The notes beneath the pieces were generated by a model. It was given only the letters and a program-made list of their open reading frames with translations. It searched no databases and had not been told where the DNA came from. Both the position numbers and the translations under genes were made by a program. Source: Omnitrophica WOR_2 bacterium GWF2_43_52 (GTDB lineage: Bacteria; Omnitrophota; Gorgyraeia; Gygaellales; UBA12090). Taken from it: a stretch of DNA of 64,000 nucleotides. The stretch lies in contig MHGF01000003.1 of NCBI GenBank assembly GCA_001805445.1, positions 54,736 through 118,735 on the forward strand. The letters run 5' to 3'. This document shows positions 1-9,083 of this stretch, in pieces; positions within the stretch are counted from its first letter, which is position 1, and each line of letters starts with the position of its first letter.

Positions 1-645
1 CTGGGGCTTATCGGCATTGCATTAACATATTCAAGGCCTACGTTACTCGCTATTTATGGGGTGTTTGTTTTCTTTTCGATCGCGCGAAAAAGCAAGGCCA
101 TGATTGCCTGCCTAATCATTTTCACTCTTGCTTCGCCTTTTTTGCTGCCGAAATCTGTGAAAACCTGGGCCAGGGATGTTGAGTATAATCCGCTAAGGTT
201 TATGTGTAATGACGATAGAATTGCCGTTTACCGCAATTCACTGCTGATGATTAAAGCGCATCCTCTCATCGGGGTGGGGGCGAATACCTTTATGAAAAGC
301 TACCGATTTTATAAGGAATATCCTGAATACCGTAATATCATAACCCTTGATGAGATGAAGGCGCATAATAATTTCCTGCATATGGCAGGAGAAATAGGTT
401 TGTTAGGGCTCTCAATTTTCTTCTGGTTTCTCTTTATTTTATTTAAGGAGTCTTGGAAGATATATCGTGGCTTAAAGGACCGCTATCTCAGTGCCGCTTC
501 ACTTTCGCTTGTAGCCTGTTTGATCGCCTTTTTGATTAACGGGCTTACCGAAAGCAGCTTGTATTATTCTGTGGTGAGTGTTTTATTCTGGTATATCGCG
601 GGGTTGAGCATATCCCTTAAAAAGATCAGCGATGAAAATCGCTAG
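1..645 (+). CDS. O-antigen ligase family protein (Wzy_C/WaaL-like), 5'-truncated at window edge
   Basis: The frame is open from nt 1, so the gene starts upstream of the window. It carries the Wzy_C signature 'AHNNFLHMAGEIGLLGL' (H-N-x-x-L...E-x-G-x-x-G) and hydrophobic TM segments. It lies directly upstream of a heptosyltransferase, as in waa clusters. Confidence 0.6.
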   Translation: MGLIGIALTYSRPTLLAIYGVFVFFSIARKSKAMIACLIIFTLASPFLLPKSVKTWARDVEYNPLRFMCNDDRIAVYRNSLLMIKAHPLIGVGANTFMKSYRFYKEYPEYRNIITLDEMKAHNNFLHMAGEIGLLGLSIFFWFLFILFKESWKIYRGLKDRYLSAASLSLVACLIAFLINGLTESSLYYSVVSVLFWYIAGLSISLKKISDENR

Positions 646-1600
646 GATTCTTGCCGTAAGAAATGATCGGTTTGGCGAGTTTCTCCTTACGCTTCCCGCG
701 TTGTATGCCTTAAAGGAGCATTATCCCGGAGCTGAATTAACTCTGGTTGTCAATGGCTCTGTAGCGGAATTAGCCGCGCGTATACCTTGTGTTGATGAGG
801 TAATCGTTTGGGAAAATAAAAAACACGGCTTCTTAGAGATAGGAAGGTTTGCCGCGCAGACAGCAGGAAAAAAATACGATCTCTGCGTTATCTTTAACCC
901 CAGCAAGGAATTAAATATAGTCAGTTTCCTCGCGGGGATTCCCGCACGGTGCGGCTATAACAGGAAATGGGGATTTTTATTAAACCGTACAACAGAAGAC
1001 AAAAAACATCTCGGTTCTATGCATGAAACCGAGTATAACCTGGAATTGCTCAAAACAATCGGAATAAGCACAGGTAGCCAACCTTTGAATTTTTTGCTAG
1101 ATATTAGAGATGATGATTTTAGCGATAAACGATTAGTTCATAGAGGGCTATCGAGCAAAAATTTCATTATCATTCATCCCTGGGCAAGTAATACGCAAAA
1201 AGAGTGGCCGCTTGATAAGTTTAAAGCGGTAGCTTTACAAATCATGAACACGCTTCATATACCTTGTGTACTTATCGGAGGCCCTGAAGAAGTAAAGAGG
1301 GCGGATCAATTCTGCAATGATATGCCCTTGATCAATTTGACAGGAAAAACCAGTTTAATTGAGTTAGCAGGTTTGTTGAAAAAGGGCAGAGTTCTTCTTA
1401 CGAATGACTCAGGCCCGATGCATTTGGCGGCAGCCGTGGGGATTCCGATAGTAGCTATTTTCCGTAAGCAGCCTCCTGCCATAAGCGCGAGGCGCTGGGG
1501 GCCGGTGGGAACGAGCAATAGCATTATAGAAAATGATGTTCTCGCCGAAATAAGTGTTGAGGAGGTCTTTCATGGGGTTAAAACAATCCTTAGTAGATAA
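632..1600 (+). CDS. ADP-heptose:LPS heptosyltransferase (glycosyltransferase family 9)
   Basis: GT9 hallmarks are present: N-terminal 'ILAVRNDRFGEFLLTLPAL' and C-terminal 'LLTNDSGPMHLAAAVGIP'. It is about 320 aa. It overlaps the upstream gene, which suggests translational coupling. Confidence 0.8.
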   Translation: MKIARILAVRNDRFGEFLLTLPALYALKEHYPGAELTLVVNGSVAELAARIPCVDEVIVWENKKHGFLEIGRFAAQTAGKKYDLCVIFNPSKELNIVSFLAGIPARCGYNRKWGFLLNRTTEDKKHLGSMHETEYNLELLKTIGISTGSQPLNFLLDIRDDDFSDKRLVHRGLSSKNFIIIHPWASNTQKEWPLDKFKAVALQIMNTLHIPCVLIGGPEEVKRADQFCNDMPLINLTGKTSLIELAGLLKKGRVLLTNDSGPMHLAAAVGIPIVAIFRKQPPAISARRWGPVGTSNSIIENDVLAEISVEEVFHGVKTILSR

Positions 1601-3008
1601 GCAGGCCTACGCGGTAATTCTCGCCGGAGGGGTAGGCAGCCGATTTTGGCCTTTTAGCCGGGAACTTGAGCCAAAGCAATTTATTACTATCGTAGGCAAG
1701 GAGAGCCTCCTGCAAAATACTATCAGGCGCTTGTCTGGCCTGATCAGCGCGAAAAAGGTATATATTATTACCAACAAAAGCTACTTTTACGAGCTTAAAA
1801 AGCAGATTGAAAAATTCAAGATTCCGGAAAATAATATACTCCTTGAGCCGGAAGGGAAAAATACCGCGCCTGCAATTGGCCTAAGCGCGAGGCTTATTGA
1901 AAAACAGAACAAAGATGCTACCCTTATAGTTTTGCCTGCTGACCATTATATCAAAGATATAGCGCGTTTTAAAAGTGCCTTGCGCCAGGCTATTCTATGC
2001 GCGCAAGATAATTTCCTGGTAACCCTAGGCATAAGGCCGGGAAAACCATCAACGGGGTATGGGTACATTAAAATAGGTCACCAGTCACCAGTCACCAGTC
2101 ACCAGTATAGATATTATACGGTAGAAAAATTCCTAGAAAAACCGAGTTTAAAGAATGCGAAGCGATATAGCGCGGATAAACGCTATTTTTGGAATAGCGG
2201 AATGTTTGTCTGGAAAGTTTCGGTGTTCATGGAGGAACTCAAACGCTCTTTACCTGATTTATACTCCCAGCTATCCTTGATACAAACCCACGAGGATATC
2301 TCGAAGATTTGGCCAGAAATAAAACCTATATCTGTGGATTATGGCATTATGGAACATTCAAAACGGATCGCGCTCATCCCTGCTGATTTTGGTTGGAGTG
2401 ACCTGGGAAGTTGGGATTCTCTGCAGGAGTTACTCCCAAAAGATAAAAAAGGGAATGTAATACAATCGGACTCAGTTGATTGTGGTAGCCAGGGCCTTTG
2501 CGTTTTTACTAAATCCAATAGGCTTATCGCGACCATAGGGCTTAAAGATGTGATTATCGCGGATACCCCTGACGCGCTTCTTGTATGCAATAAACATAAA
2601 GCCCAGGAAGTAAAGAACATCGTCGAGTATCTCAAGAAACGTAACCGAAAAGAACACTTAGTGCATCTGACTGATAAGCGCCCGTGGGGATCGTTCACCG
2701 TTTTACAAAGCTCTGATGGGTTTAAAATTAAGATAGTAGAGATTGAGCCGAAGAAACGCCTGAGCCTTCAAAGCCACCAAAAACGCGCTGAACACTGGGT
2801 AGTAGTATCAGGACGCGCTAAGGTTACCCGAGGTAATACGGTGAGATTTGTTGAGAGTAATGAAAGTATCTACATTCCAATAGGAGTCAAGCACCGCCTG
2901 GAAAATCCCGATACAGTGCCGCTTAAAATTGTGGAAGTGCAAACCGGCAGCTACCTGGAAGAAGATGACATCCAGCGCTATGAAGATGATTTCAACCTAC
3001 GCGGTTGA
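1572..3008 (+). CDS. Bifunctional mannose-1-phosphate guanylyltransferase / mannose-6-phosphate isomerase (NTP-transferase + cupin), ManC/CpsB-like
   Basis: The N-terminal 'AVILAGGVGSRFWPFS' is a sugar-nucleotidyltransferase G-loop. The C-terminal 'HLTDKRPWGSF...EHWVVVSGRAKVT' is a cupin of type II PMI. An ATG at 1572 is preceded by the strong SD 'GAGGAGG'. The ORF track's GTG at 1554 is a less likely start. The gene contains a 7-nt tandem repeat at 2077-2104. Confidence 0.8.
   Translation: MGLKQSLVDKQAYAVILAGGVGSRFWPFSRELEPKQFITIVGKESLLQNTIRRLSGLISAKKVYIITNKSYFYELKKQIEKFKIPENNILLEPEGKNTAPAIGLSARLIEKQNKDATLIVLPADHYIKDIARFKSALRQAILCAQDNFLVTLGIRPGKPSTGYGYIKIGHQSPVTSHQYRYYTVEKFLEKPSLKNAKRYSADKRYFWNSGMFVWKVSVFMEELKRSLPDLYSQLSLIQTHEDISKIWPEIKPISVDYGIMEHSKRIALIPADFGWSDLGSWDSLQELLPKDKKGNVIQSDSVDCGSQGLCVFTKSNRLIATIGLKDVIIADTPDALLVCNKHKAQEVKNIVEYLKKRNRKEHLVHLTDKRPWGSFTVLQSSDGFKIKIVEIEPKKRLSLQSHQKRAEHWVVVSGRAKVTRGNTVRFVESNESIYIPIGVKHRLENPDTVPLKIVEVQTGSYLEEDDIQRYEDDFNLRG
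2077..2104 (+). repeat. Perfect heptanucleotide tandem repeat (GTCACCA)x4 inside the ManC-like CDS
   Basis: I read 'gtcacca gtcacca gtcacca gtcacca g' directly from the sequence. The unit length is not a multiple of 3. It encodes 'HQSPVTSHQ'. Confidence 0.9.
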
Positions 3009-3019
3009 ATGAGGTTTCA

Positions 3020-4087
3020 ATGAATATTTTGATTGTGAATCCTTTCGGCATCGGGGATTGTTTATTTGCTACCCCATTACTGCATAGCCTCAAAGACGCC
3101 TTTCCTGATACTAGAATAGGTTTTCTTTGCAATAAACGCACCGCGCCATTGCTTAAGAAGAATCCTTTTATTGACCAGCTATTTATCTATGAAAGAGATG
3201 AGTTTAAGCGCCTTCAGTCTGTTTCCTGGATTACGTGGTTGAGGGAATTTAGCAGGTTTATCAAAAGTATACAAAAGGCAAAGTTTGACCTGGCAATCGA
3301 TTTGTCTTTATCTACACCGTTTGGCTTTTTCTTATTTTTAGCCGGCATAAAGAAAAGGATTGGATATAACTACAAAAACCGGGGGATGTATTTAACCCGA
3401 TCAATGCAGCTCCGTAGCTACGATAAAAAACATATGGTAGAGTATTATAATGGCATCTTAGATTTGCTCAAAGTAAAGCCTCACTATAGCTCCATGGAAC
3501 TTTATCTGAATGAAGAAGATGTGGCTTCCGCGCAAAATCTGTTACGGGAGAAAAATCCTGATAACCTATCGCCGATTATCGTAATAGCTCCGGGAGGCGG
3601 GGCGAGCTGGGGAAAAGAGGCGTATCTAAAATATTGGCCCGCGGGTAATTTTAAAGTCTTAATCGACAAAATCCTTGAAAAATATAACCCTGCGATTATA
3701 ATAGTAGGGGATTTAACTGATAGCACTCTTTTAGGTGCAGGTGATAGCAAGGTTATTAACTGCACTGGTAAACTTACATTGGCGCAAACTGCCGCGCTCA
3801 TACAGAAAGCGGATTTGTTCATTGGTAATGACGGAGGACTTTTACACATGGCGGTAGCCTTAGGCATAAGAACCATTTCTTTCTTTGGCCCGGTTGATCC
3901 GCTGGTGTATGGGCCCTATCCACAGGACCCTCATCGCCATAGTATCCTGAGGAAAACTCTGGAATGCAGCCCCTGCTATCGTAGTTTTCGCCTTAGCTCC
4001 TGCAAAAATGACAGAGAGTGTTTGGTAAAGATTAACGTGGAGGATGCGATAAACGCTATAGATAACGTATTAAGCCATAAGGAGTAA
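3020..4087 (+). CDS. ADP-heptose:LPS heptosyltransferase (GT9), second paralog
   Basis: It carries 'MNILIVNPFGIGDCLFATPLL' and 'GNDGGLLHMAVALGI', which are GT9 motifs. An ATG at 3020 follows a GAGG SD. The ORF-track start at 3005 is a TTG. Confidence 0.8.
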   Translation: MNILIVNPFGIGDCLFATPLLHSLKDAFPDTRIGFLCNKRTAPLLKKNPFIDQLFIYERDEFKRLQSVSWITWLREFSRFIKSIQKAKFDLAIDLSLSTPFGFFLFLAGIKKRIGYNYKNRGMYLTRSMQLRSYDKKHMVEYYNGILDLLKVKPHYSSMELYLNEEDVASAQNLLREKNPDNLSPIIVIAPGGGASWGKEAYLKYWPAGNFKVLIDKILEKYNPAIIIVGDLTDSTLLGAGDSKVINCTGKLTLAQTAALIQKADLFIGNDGGLLHMAVALGIRTISFFGPVDPLVYGPYPQDPHRHSILRKTLECSPCYRSFRLSSCKNDRECLVKINVEDAINAIDNVLSHKE

Positions 4088-4090
4088 TAA

Positions 4091-5200
4091 ATGATTCCCA
4101 TTTCAGATTTACGAAAGCAAATTGCCCCGATTCGCGTGAGTATCGACGAAGCTATTAAAAAAGTTGTAGATAACACCAATTTTATCATGGGGGCTGAGGT
4201 TAAAGAATTAGAGGCAGAACTAGCATCGTATGCTAACGTCAAATACGCGATAGGCGTGTCTAACGGCACCGATGCGATACGATTAGCTTTAGCCGCCTTG
4301 GGTGTTATGGCTGGGGATGGGGTGATTTGCCCCGCGTTTACCTATTATGCCACAGCCGGGGCTGTTGCCAGCATAGGCGCGAGGCCTGTTTTTACCGATA
4401 TAGAGCCAGATACCTATACCATCTCACTACCAAGCTTAGAAAAGGCTATTAAAAAAGGCAAAAGAATTAAAGCGGTTATTCCTGTTCATCTCTACGGCCA
4501 ATGCGCGGATATGGATGGAGTGCGGAAAATTGCAAGAAAGTATAATCTAAAGATTTTAGAAGACACAGCTCAAGCCTTTGGCGCTACCTATCGAGGTAAA
4601 AAAGCAGGGACAATAGGTGACTGCGGTTCAGTGAGCTTTTTCCCGGGGAAAAACCTGGGCGCTTTTGGAGACGCGGGAGGAGTTTTAACGAATAGCGCAA
4701 CAATTGCAGGAAAAATACGGCTTTTGAGAAACCAAGGGAATAAAGAAAAGTATTTTCATTCGCTCTTAGGATATAATCACCGCCTTGATACGCTTCAGGC
4801 CGCGGTATTAAAAGTAAAGCTGCACTATCTTGATGGATGGAATAAAAAACGGCAGGAGAATGCCGAATATTATAATCAACAGTTAAAGGATATCGCGTCT
4901 TTAAAGACACCCTTTGTTCCAGCGTATACCACTCACATTTATCATCAGTACGTGTTGCGTGTCGCTACTTCAAGCCAGAAACTTATCGCGCATTTAAGAA
5001 GTAAAGGGATAGACGCGCGGGTATACTATCCTGTGCCGTTACATTTGCAGAAATGTTTTAAAGATTTAGGGTACAAAAGGGGGGATTTTCCGGAATCAGA
5101 GAAGGCGGCAAAACAAACTTTGGCAATTCCCGTATATCCCGATTTAACTAAAGAGGAACTTGAGTATATTGTGGCTTCAATAAAGGAGCATGTAAAGTGA
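4091..5200 (+). CDS. DegT/DnrJ/EryC1/StrS (ArnB-like) PLP-dependent sugar aminotransferase
   Basis: It carries 'GVSNGTDAIRLAL', then 'DTAQAFGATYRGKKAGTIGDCGSVSFFPGKNLGAFGDAGG' in the PLP-lysine region, then 'GYNHRLDTLQAAVL'. These are typical of the family. It is 369 aa. A good SD 'AAGGAGT' precedes the start. Confidence 0.85.
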   Translation: MIPISDLRKQIAPIRVSIDEAIKKVVDNTNFIMGAEVKELEAELASYANVKYAIGVSNGTDAIRLALAALGVMAGDGVICPAFTYYATAGAVASIGARPVFTDIEPDTYTISLPSLEKAIKKGKRIKAVIPVHLYGQCADMDGVRKIARKYNLKILEDTAQAFGATYRGKKAGTIGDCGSVSFFPGKNLGAFGDAGGVLTNSATIAGKIRLLRNQGNKEKYFHSLLGYNHRLDTLQAAVLKVKLHYLDGWNKKRQENAEYYNQQLKDIASLKTPFVPAYTTHIYHQYVLRVATSSQKLIAHLRSKGIDARVYYPVPLHLQKCFKDLGYKRGDFPESEKAAKQTLAIPVYPDLTKEELEYIVASIKEHVK

Positions 5201-5988
5201 TAGATGTATCCGTCGTAATCATAACAAAGAACGAAGAGCGAAACATAAAGGAGTGTTTAGAGTCAGTAATTGGCTGGGCACAGGAGATACTTATCGTTGA
5301 TGATGAGAGCACAGATAAAACGCTTGCTATCGCAAGCCAGTATAAGGCAAAGATAATAGCCCGAAAGATGGATGTCGAGGGAAGGCATAGAAATTTCGCG
5401 TACGCCCAAGCTAAGAATCTATGGGTTTTAAGCCTTGATGCTGACGAACGGGTTACCAAGGAATTACAGAGCGAAATAGAAGAAGCCCTGGACGCAAAAA
5501 CAAAATATAACGGCTTTACCATGCCCCGGCGTAACTATATCGGTGATTACTGGGTGCGCTACGGAGGATGGTATCCAAGCCCGCAGTTAAAGCTATTTCG
5601 TAAGGATAAATTCAAATATGAGGAAGTCGGAGTGCATCCCCGGGCGTTTATGGATGAACCGTGCGGGCATTTAAAGTCCGATCTTATCCATTATTCGTAT
5701 AAGAGTATAGAAGATTTTCTTAGCAAACTTAATAACCAAACCTCACGAGAAGCTCAGAAATGGTATGGTCAAAATAAGCCAATGCGCTTAGGGAGATTTA
5801 TCTGGCGTACCTACGACCGGTTTTTCCGCTCCTATATCGGGAAAAAAGCATATAAGGATGGTTTTATGGGTTTTATCGTAGCCTACTTCGCAGGCTTATA
5901 TCAGTTTTTAAGTTATTTAAAATACAGGGAATTGGTGAGAAAACTAACTCTAAATTCCCTCTCCCCAGAGGTGAGAGGGACAGGGTGA
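5197..5988 (+). CDS. Glycosyltransferase family 2
   Basis: It has the GT-A DxD arrangement: 'VSVVIITKNEERNI...ILIVDDESTD...VLSLDADE'. The C-terminal hydrophobic segment 'FMGFIVAYFAGLYQFL' suggests membrane association. ArnC-like is possible but unproven. Confidence 0.75.
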   Translation: MIDVSVVIITKNEERNIKECLESVIGWAQEILIVDDESTDKTLAIASQYKAKIIARKMDVEGRHRNFAYAQAKNLWVLSLDADERVTKELQSEIEEALDAKTKYNGFTMPRRNYIGDYWVRYGGWYPSPQLKLFRKDKFKYEEVGVHPRAFMDEPCGHLKSDLIHYSYKSIEDFLSKLNNQTSREAQKWYGQNKPMRLGRFIWRTYDRFFRSYIGKKAYKDGFMGFIVAYFAGLYQFLSYLKYRELVRKLTLNSLSPEVRGTG

Positions 5989-6563
5989 GGGGGAGAGTGG
6001 CAAAACCTGCAATCTTTTTAGATCGCGATGGAGTGATTAACCGCTACCCCGGTGACGGAAAATACGTTACCTGTTGGAAAGAGTTCCGATTCCTGCCACA
6101 TGTTAAAAAGGCTATAGCTTTATTAAACATCAGGAAACAGCCACTCTTTGTGATTTCAAATCAGGCAGGTGTCGCCAAAGGTATATTTTCCCAGGAATCT
6201 CTTACTGCCATTACCACAAATATGTTAAAGGCGCTTGAGAAAAACGGCGCTTTTTTAGAGGCGGTTTACTATTGTACCCATAGGGACGAAGACCATTGCT
6301 CCTGCCGTAAGCCTAAGGCCGGCCTTATTAAAACCGCGGTACAATCGTATAAGGGTAGTATTGACATCAAAGAATCTTTTTTTGTAGGTGATACCCTTCG
6401 CGATGTGCATACCGCAAAGGCCGCGGGCTGCAAATCAATTCTGGTATTTTCCGGCAATGAGAAATTAGCCAACCGTAAAAACTGGGATATTCAGCCGGAT
6501 TTTGTCTTTCGTAATCTTTACGAAGCAGCCAAATTTATCGTAAAATATAGACAGGCATTATGA
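5985..6563 (+). CDS. gmhB: D-glycero-D-manno-heptose 1,7-bisphosphate 7-phosphatase (HAD family, GmhB)
   Basis: The HAD motif I 'IFLDRDGVIN' is present. The zinc-binding 'CSCRKPKAGL' resembles the GmhB C-x-C-R-K-P motif. 'FFVGDTLRDV' matches motif III. The size is 192 aa. Confidence 0.8.
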   Translation: MRGRVAKPAIFLDRDGVINRYPGDGKYVTCWKEFRFLPHVKKAIALLNIRKQPLFVISNQAGVAKGIFSQESLTAITTNMLKALEKNGAFLEAVYYCTHRDEDHCSCRKPKAGLIKTAVQSYKGSIDIKESFFVGDTLRDVHTAKAAGCKSILVFSGNEKLANRKNWDIQPDFVFRNLYEAAKFIVKYRQAL

Positions 6564-7657
6564 GCAAAGTTTTCATCGTCTATGCCTCCGCAGGCGCGGG
6601 ACATCAAAAAGCCGCTGAAGCGCTTTTTGACTACCTTAAAAGAGAATCCCCAAGCCTTGAAATCAGGCTTCTTGACATTTTAGATTATTCCCATCCTTTA
6701 GTTAAGCGTTTATATTCTGACGGATATATATTCCTTATTAGTAAGTTACCATGGGTGTGGTATTTTTTTTATCGTCTCTCTTCTTATCTCGGGAATCATC
6801 CGGTAATTTCTTTAGGTAATTACAGAAATAGCAAGGCATTCTGCGGCCTGCTAAGGAAAGAGAACCCGGATGTCGTCATCTCAACTCACTTTCTCACCAG
6901 CAGTATTATTAGCGTCTTTAAAAGGCGCGCGCTATCCCCTAAGCCGCGTTTAGTTGCCATCATAACCGATTATACCCTGCATCCGTTCTGGATAGGTGAA
7001 GGAGTTGACCTTTATATTACGTCCTGCGCGTATGTAAAGGAACAGCTGGAAAAACGCGGAATCGAGAGCGAGAGAATAAAAGCCTACGGTATTCCGGCAA
7101 AGGATACCTTCTACGTGCCGGCACAACGGAATGAAATTGCCCAAAAGCACAAAATAGCGCCAAAAGAATTCACCGTATTAGTGATTACCGGCGCAATCGG
7201 TATCGGCCCTATTGAGCACATAGTAAAGGCTCTGGCAGGAAAAGCCCAAGTATTGGTCGTATGCGGAAGGAATAAGCGCCTGTTTGAGCGCGTCAGTTTA
7301 ATGCGGCTTCCTTTGGTTAAAGTATTTCCCTTAATCAACTATGTAGATGAGTTGATGTCGGTTTCCGATGTAGTGCTTACTAAGGCAGGGGGCTTAACGA
7401 TAACTGAAAGCCTCGCAAAGAGCCTGCCGATGGTTTTTTTCTCAAGTATCCCTGGATTAGAAACTGCTAATGAGAGGACCCTCAAGCGCTGCGGCGCTGG
7501 CTTTAGAGCTTGCGGGGTTCCGGAGATTGTAAGTACCGTACTTTCTTTAAAAAACGACCCGGGTTTATATACAACGGCTAAGGAAAATATTGAACGCTTT
7601 AGAAGTCAATCAACGCTTAAGGCTATTGCCGATGAACTCAGGCGTTTTACGCGATAA
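6560..7657 (+). CDS. MGDG-synthase-like / GT28-family glycosyltransferase (UgtP/MurG-like fold)
   Basis: The N-terminal 'KVFIVYASAGAGHQKAAEAL' is typical of the MGDG_synth / processive diacylglycerol glycosyltransferase N-domain. The C-terminal 'VLTKAGGLTITESL' is a GT-B donor-binding motif. Confidence 0.6.
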   Translation: MSKVFIVYASAGAGHQKAAEALFDYLKRESPSLEIRLLDILDYSHPLVKRLYSDGYIFLISKLPWVWYFFYRLSSYLGNHPVISLGNYRNSKAFCGLLRKENPDVVISTHFLTSSIISVFKRRALSPKPRLVAIITDYTLHPFWIGEGVDLYITSCAYVKEQLEKRGIESERIKAYGIPAKDTFYVPAQRNEIAQKHKIAPKEFTVLVITGAIGIGPIEHIVKALAGKAQVLVVCGRNKRLFERVSLMRLPLVKVFPLINYVDELMSVSDVVLTKAGGLTITESLAKSLPMVFFSSIPGLETANERTLKRCGAGFRACGVPEIVSTVLSLKNDPGLYTTAKENIERFRSQSTLKAIADELRRFTR

Positions 7658-8661
7658 TGAGCCAAACTTATTTTGTTGATAAGAATAATCGTTTGGTTAT
7701 AAGACGAAAGAGCGCGAAGCTTTTACCGCAAGGTTATTTTTCAGTTGATAACGAAAACCGCCTTGTGTATTGGCTTAATGAGCCGGTTTCCTGGCGCACC
7801 ACCTACCAATTCCCCGATAAACTAATCTTTAGCGGCGCATGGAAAATCAACTCAAAATATGACCTTGAACTTGAGCTTGAGCAAAAGGAACTAGCCTTTC
7901 AAAAAAAGCGGCTAACCCTAAAGGGTAAGCTATTATCTTGCGAAAAAGACCAGATTGTCTTTGAAATACAGACTGTAAACAATAACGGCTTAGACAGCTT
8001 TTACTTGCTCAAATTATCCGGTAGATGGCAGGCGGATGAATATAACCGCCTAACCTTTTTAATAACTAAAAAGGATTCTCCTGACACCCTTACGTTTCAG
8101 GGCTCCTGGCAGCTCAATGAGAATCAGCAGATTACCTATACCTACCAAAAAACGAACCTAAAAACTAAGTCTAAGGTTTCACACACCCTGACCTTTAGCG
8201 GCTATTGGCAAATAACTTCCGCAAAGCGCCTTACCTACATACTTTCAACCGGCGCGCATTCAAGGTTTGATTTTAAGGTTCAGCTTGAGTCTCCCAATAT
8301 TCGTCCCAAAGAAGGGAGTATTAAGTATCGTCTTGGCGTAGGCATAAGGGAGCCAAGAAGGGAAAAAGCAAAGATTATTACCCTTTACGGAGCCTGGAAA
8401 TTCAGCCGTAATGCCGGCGTCATTTTTGAAATGAACCACCGCGAAGGCAGAATATACCGCCTTGAATTCGGGGCGGAAGTAAATTTTAACAGAAACAATC
8501 AAGTAACTTTTAAACTTACCGGACTGAATAGGGAACCGTTAGGTTTGAACCTTACTTTTACCCATAAGCTCTTACAAGAGCTAAACGGAGAACTCTTCAT
8601 TCGCCTAAAAAGATACAGGGATGAATCCGGCGTTGATCTAGGAGTCAAGATTCCATGGTAA
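7657..8661 (+). CDS. Hypothetical protein with ~4 internal beta-rich repeats
   Basis: It is coding-like and coupled to the upstream gene (TGA/ATG overlap). The repeats 'LIFSGAWKINSKYDLEL', 'LTFQGSWQLNENQQITYTY', 'LTFSGYWQITSAKRLTYIL' and 'ITLYGAWKFSRNAGVIFEM' recur about every 45-60 aa. I see no recognisable catalytic motif. Confidence 0.45.
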   Translation: MSQTYFVDKNNRLVIRRKSAKLLPQGYFSVDNENRLVYWLNEPVSWRTTYQFPDKLIFSGAWKINSKYDLELELEQKELAFQKKRLTLKGKLLSCEKDQIVFEIQTVNNNGLDSFYLLKLSGRWQADEYNRLTFLITKKDSPDTLTFQGSWQLNENQQITYTYQKTNLKTKSKVSHTLTFSGYWQITSAKRLTYILSTGAHSRFDFKVQLESPNIRPKEGSIKYRLGVGIREPRREKAKIITLYGAWKFSRNAGVIFEMNHREGRIYRLEFGAEVNFNRNNQVTFKLTGLNREPLGLNLTFTHKLLQELNGELFIRLKRYRDESGVDLGVKIPW

Positions 8662-8761
8662 GTTTTGACGGTTACTAAACAAGCGGGAATTCATCCCTTC
8701 CTGTATCAGTCTACTGTATTCCATCCCTCGACAGTACAAAATTAAAAAAACTAAAAAAATA

Positions 8762-8790
8762 CTGTATTTGTATCATAACTATGTTATAAT
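8762..8790 (+). promoter_or_regulatory. Candidate sigma70-type promoter with extended -10 (TGT-TATAAT) for the protease operon
   Basis: 'tgtTATAAT' lies at 8782-8790 in a 146-bp AT-rich intergenic gap. A weak -35 'ctgtat' sits 17 nt upstream. The direct repeat 'tactgtatt' occurs twice, at about 8714 and 8759. This is sequence-only and was judged against E. coli consensus. Confidence 0.25.
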
Positions 8791-8807
8791 AATACACATT
8801 ATTAGCT

Positions 8808-9083
8808 ATGAAATCACGCAAAATCAAGGTTTTTACCAGATCTGATATAAAAAAGATAAAAGAAAAATACGAGAAGGATTTACTCCTGCTTCCTCATGTA
8901 GTCGGCGTAGGTATAGGGTATAAGATAACACAGGAAAGAGAGAAAAACACCCTTTGTCTAAAAGTATATGTGAGTAAAAAAACCCCTTCCAAAGAACTAT
9001 CCAAGAATAAAACAATCCCGACGCAGCTTGATGGTATTCTTACAGATGTTGAGGAAATCGGTATGGTAAAAGCCTATGCGTAA
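8808..9083 (+). CDS. Small protein (91 aa) paralogous to the N-terminal pro-like domain of the downstream serine protease
   Basis: It shares 'VVGVGIGYKI...LCLKVYV...IPTQLDGILTDVEEIGMVKAYA' with residues about 25-95 of ORF 9076-10002 ('VVGCGIGEKI...ICLKVYV...IPQAVSLIETDVEEIGKIKALGF'). Its stop overlaps the start of the next gene. Confidence 0.5.
   Translation: MKSRKIKVFTRSDIKKIKEKYEKDLLLLPHVVGVGIGYKITQEREKNTLCLKVYVSKKTPSKELSKNKTIPTQLDGILTDVEEIGMVKAYA

Noticed and set aside
5955-5995. Inverted repeat 'tccctctc-cccagaggt-gagaggga' at the GT2/gmhB junction, considered as a terminator or attenuator
   Set aside because: It lies inside overlapping coding sequence (the GT2 3' end and gmhB 5' end) and has no trailing T-run. 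It is more likely a coincidental palindrome or RNA structure modulating coupling than a terminator.
8700-8775. LexA/SOS-box-like palindrome 'TACTGT-N13-ACAGTA' and direct repeats 'tactgtatt' upstream of the protease operon
   Set aside because: The spacing (N13) does not fit the gamma-proteobacterial CTGT-N8-ACAG consensus, and the host taxon is unknown. I note it only as a possible operator within the promoter feature.
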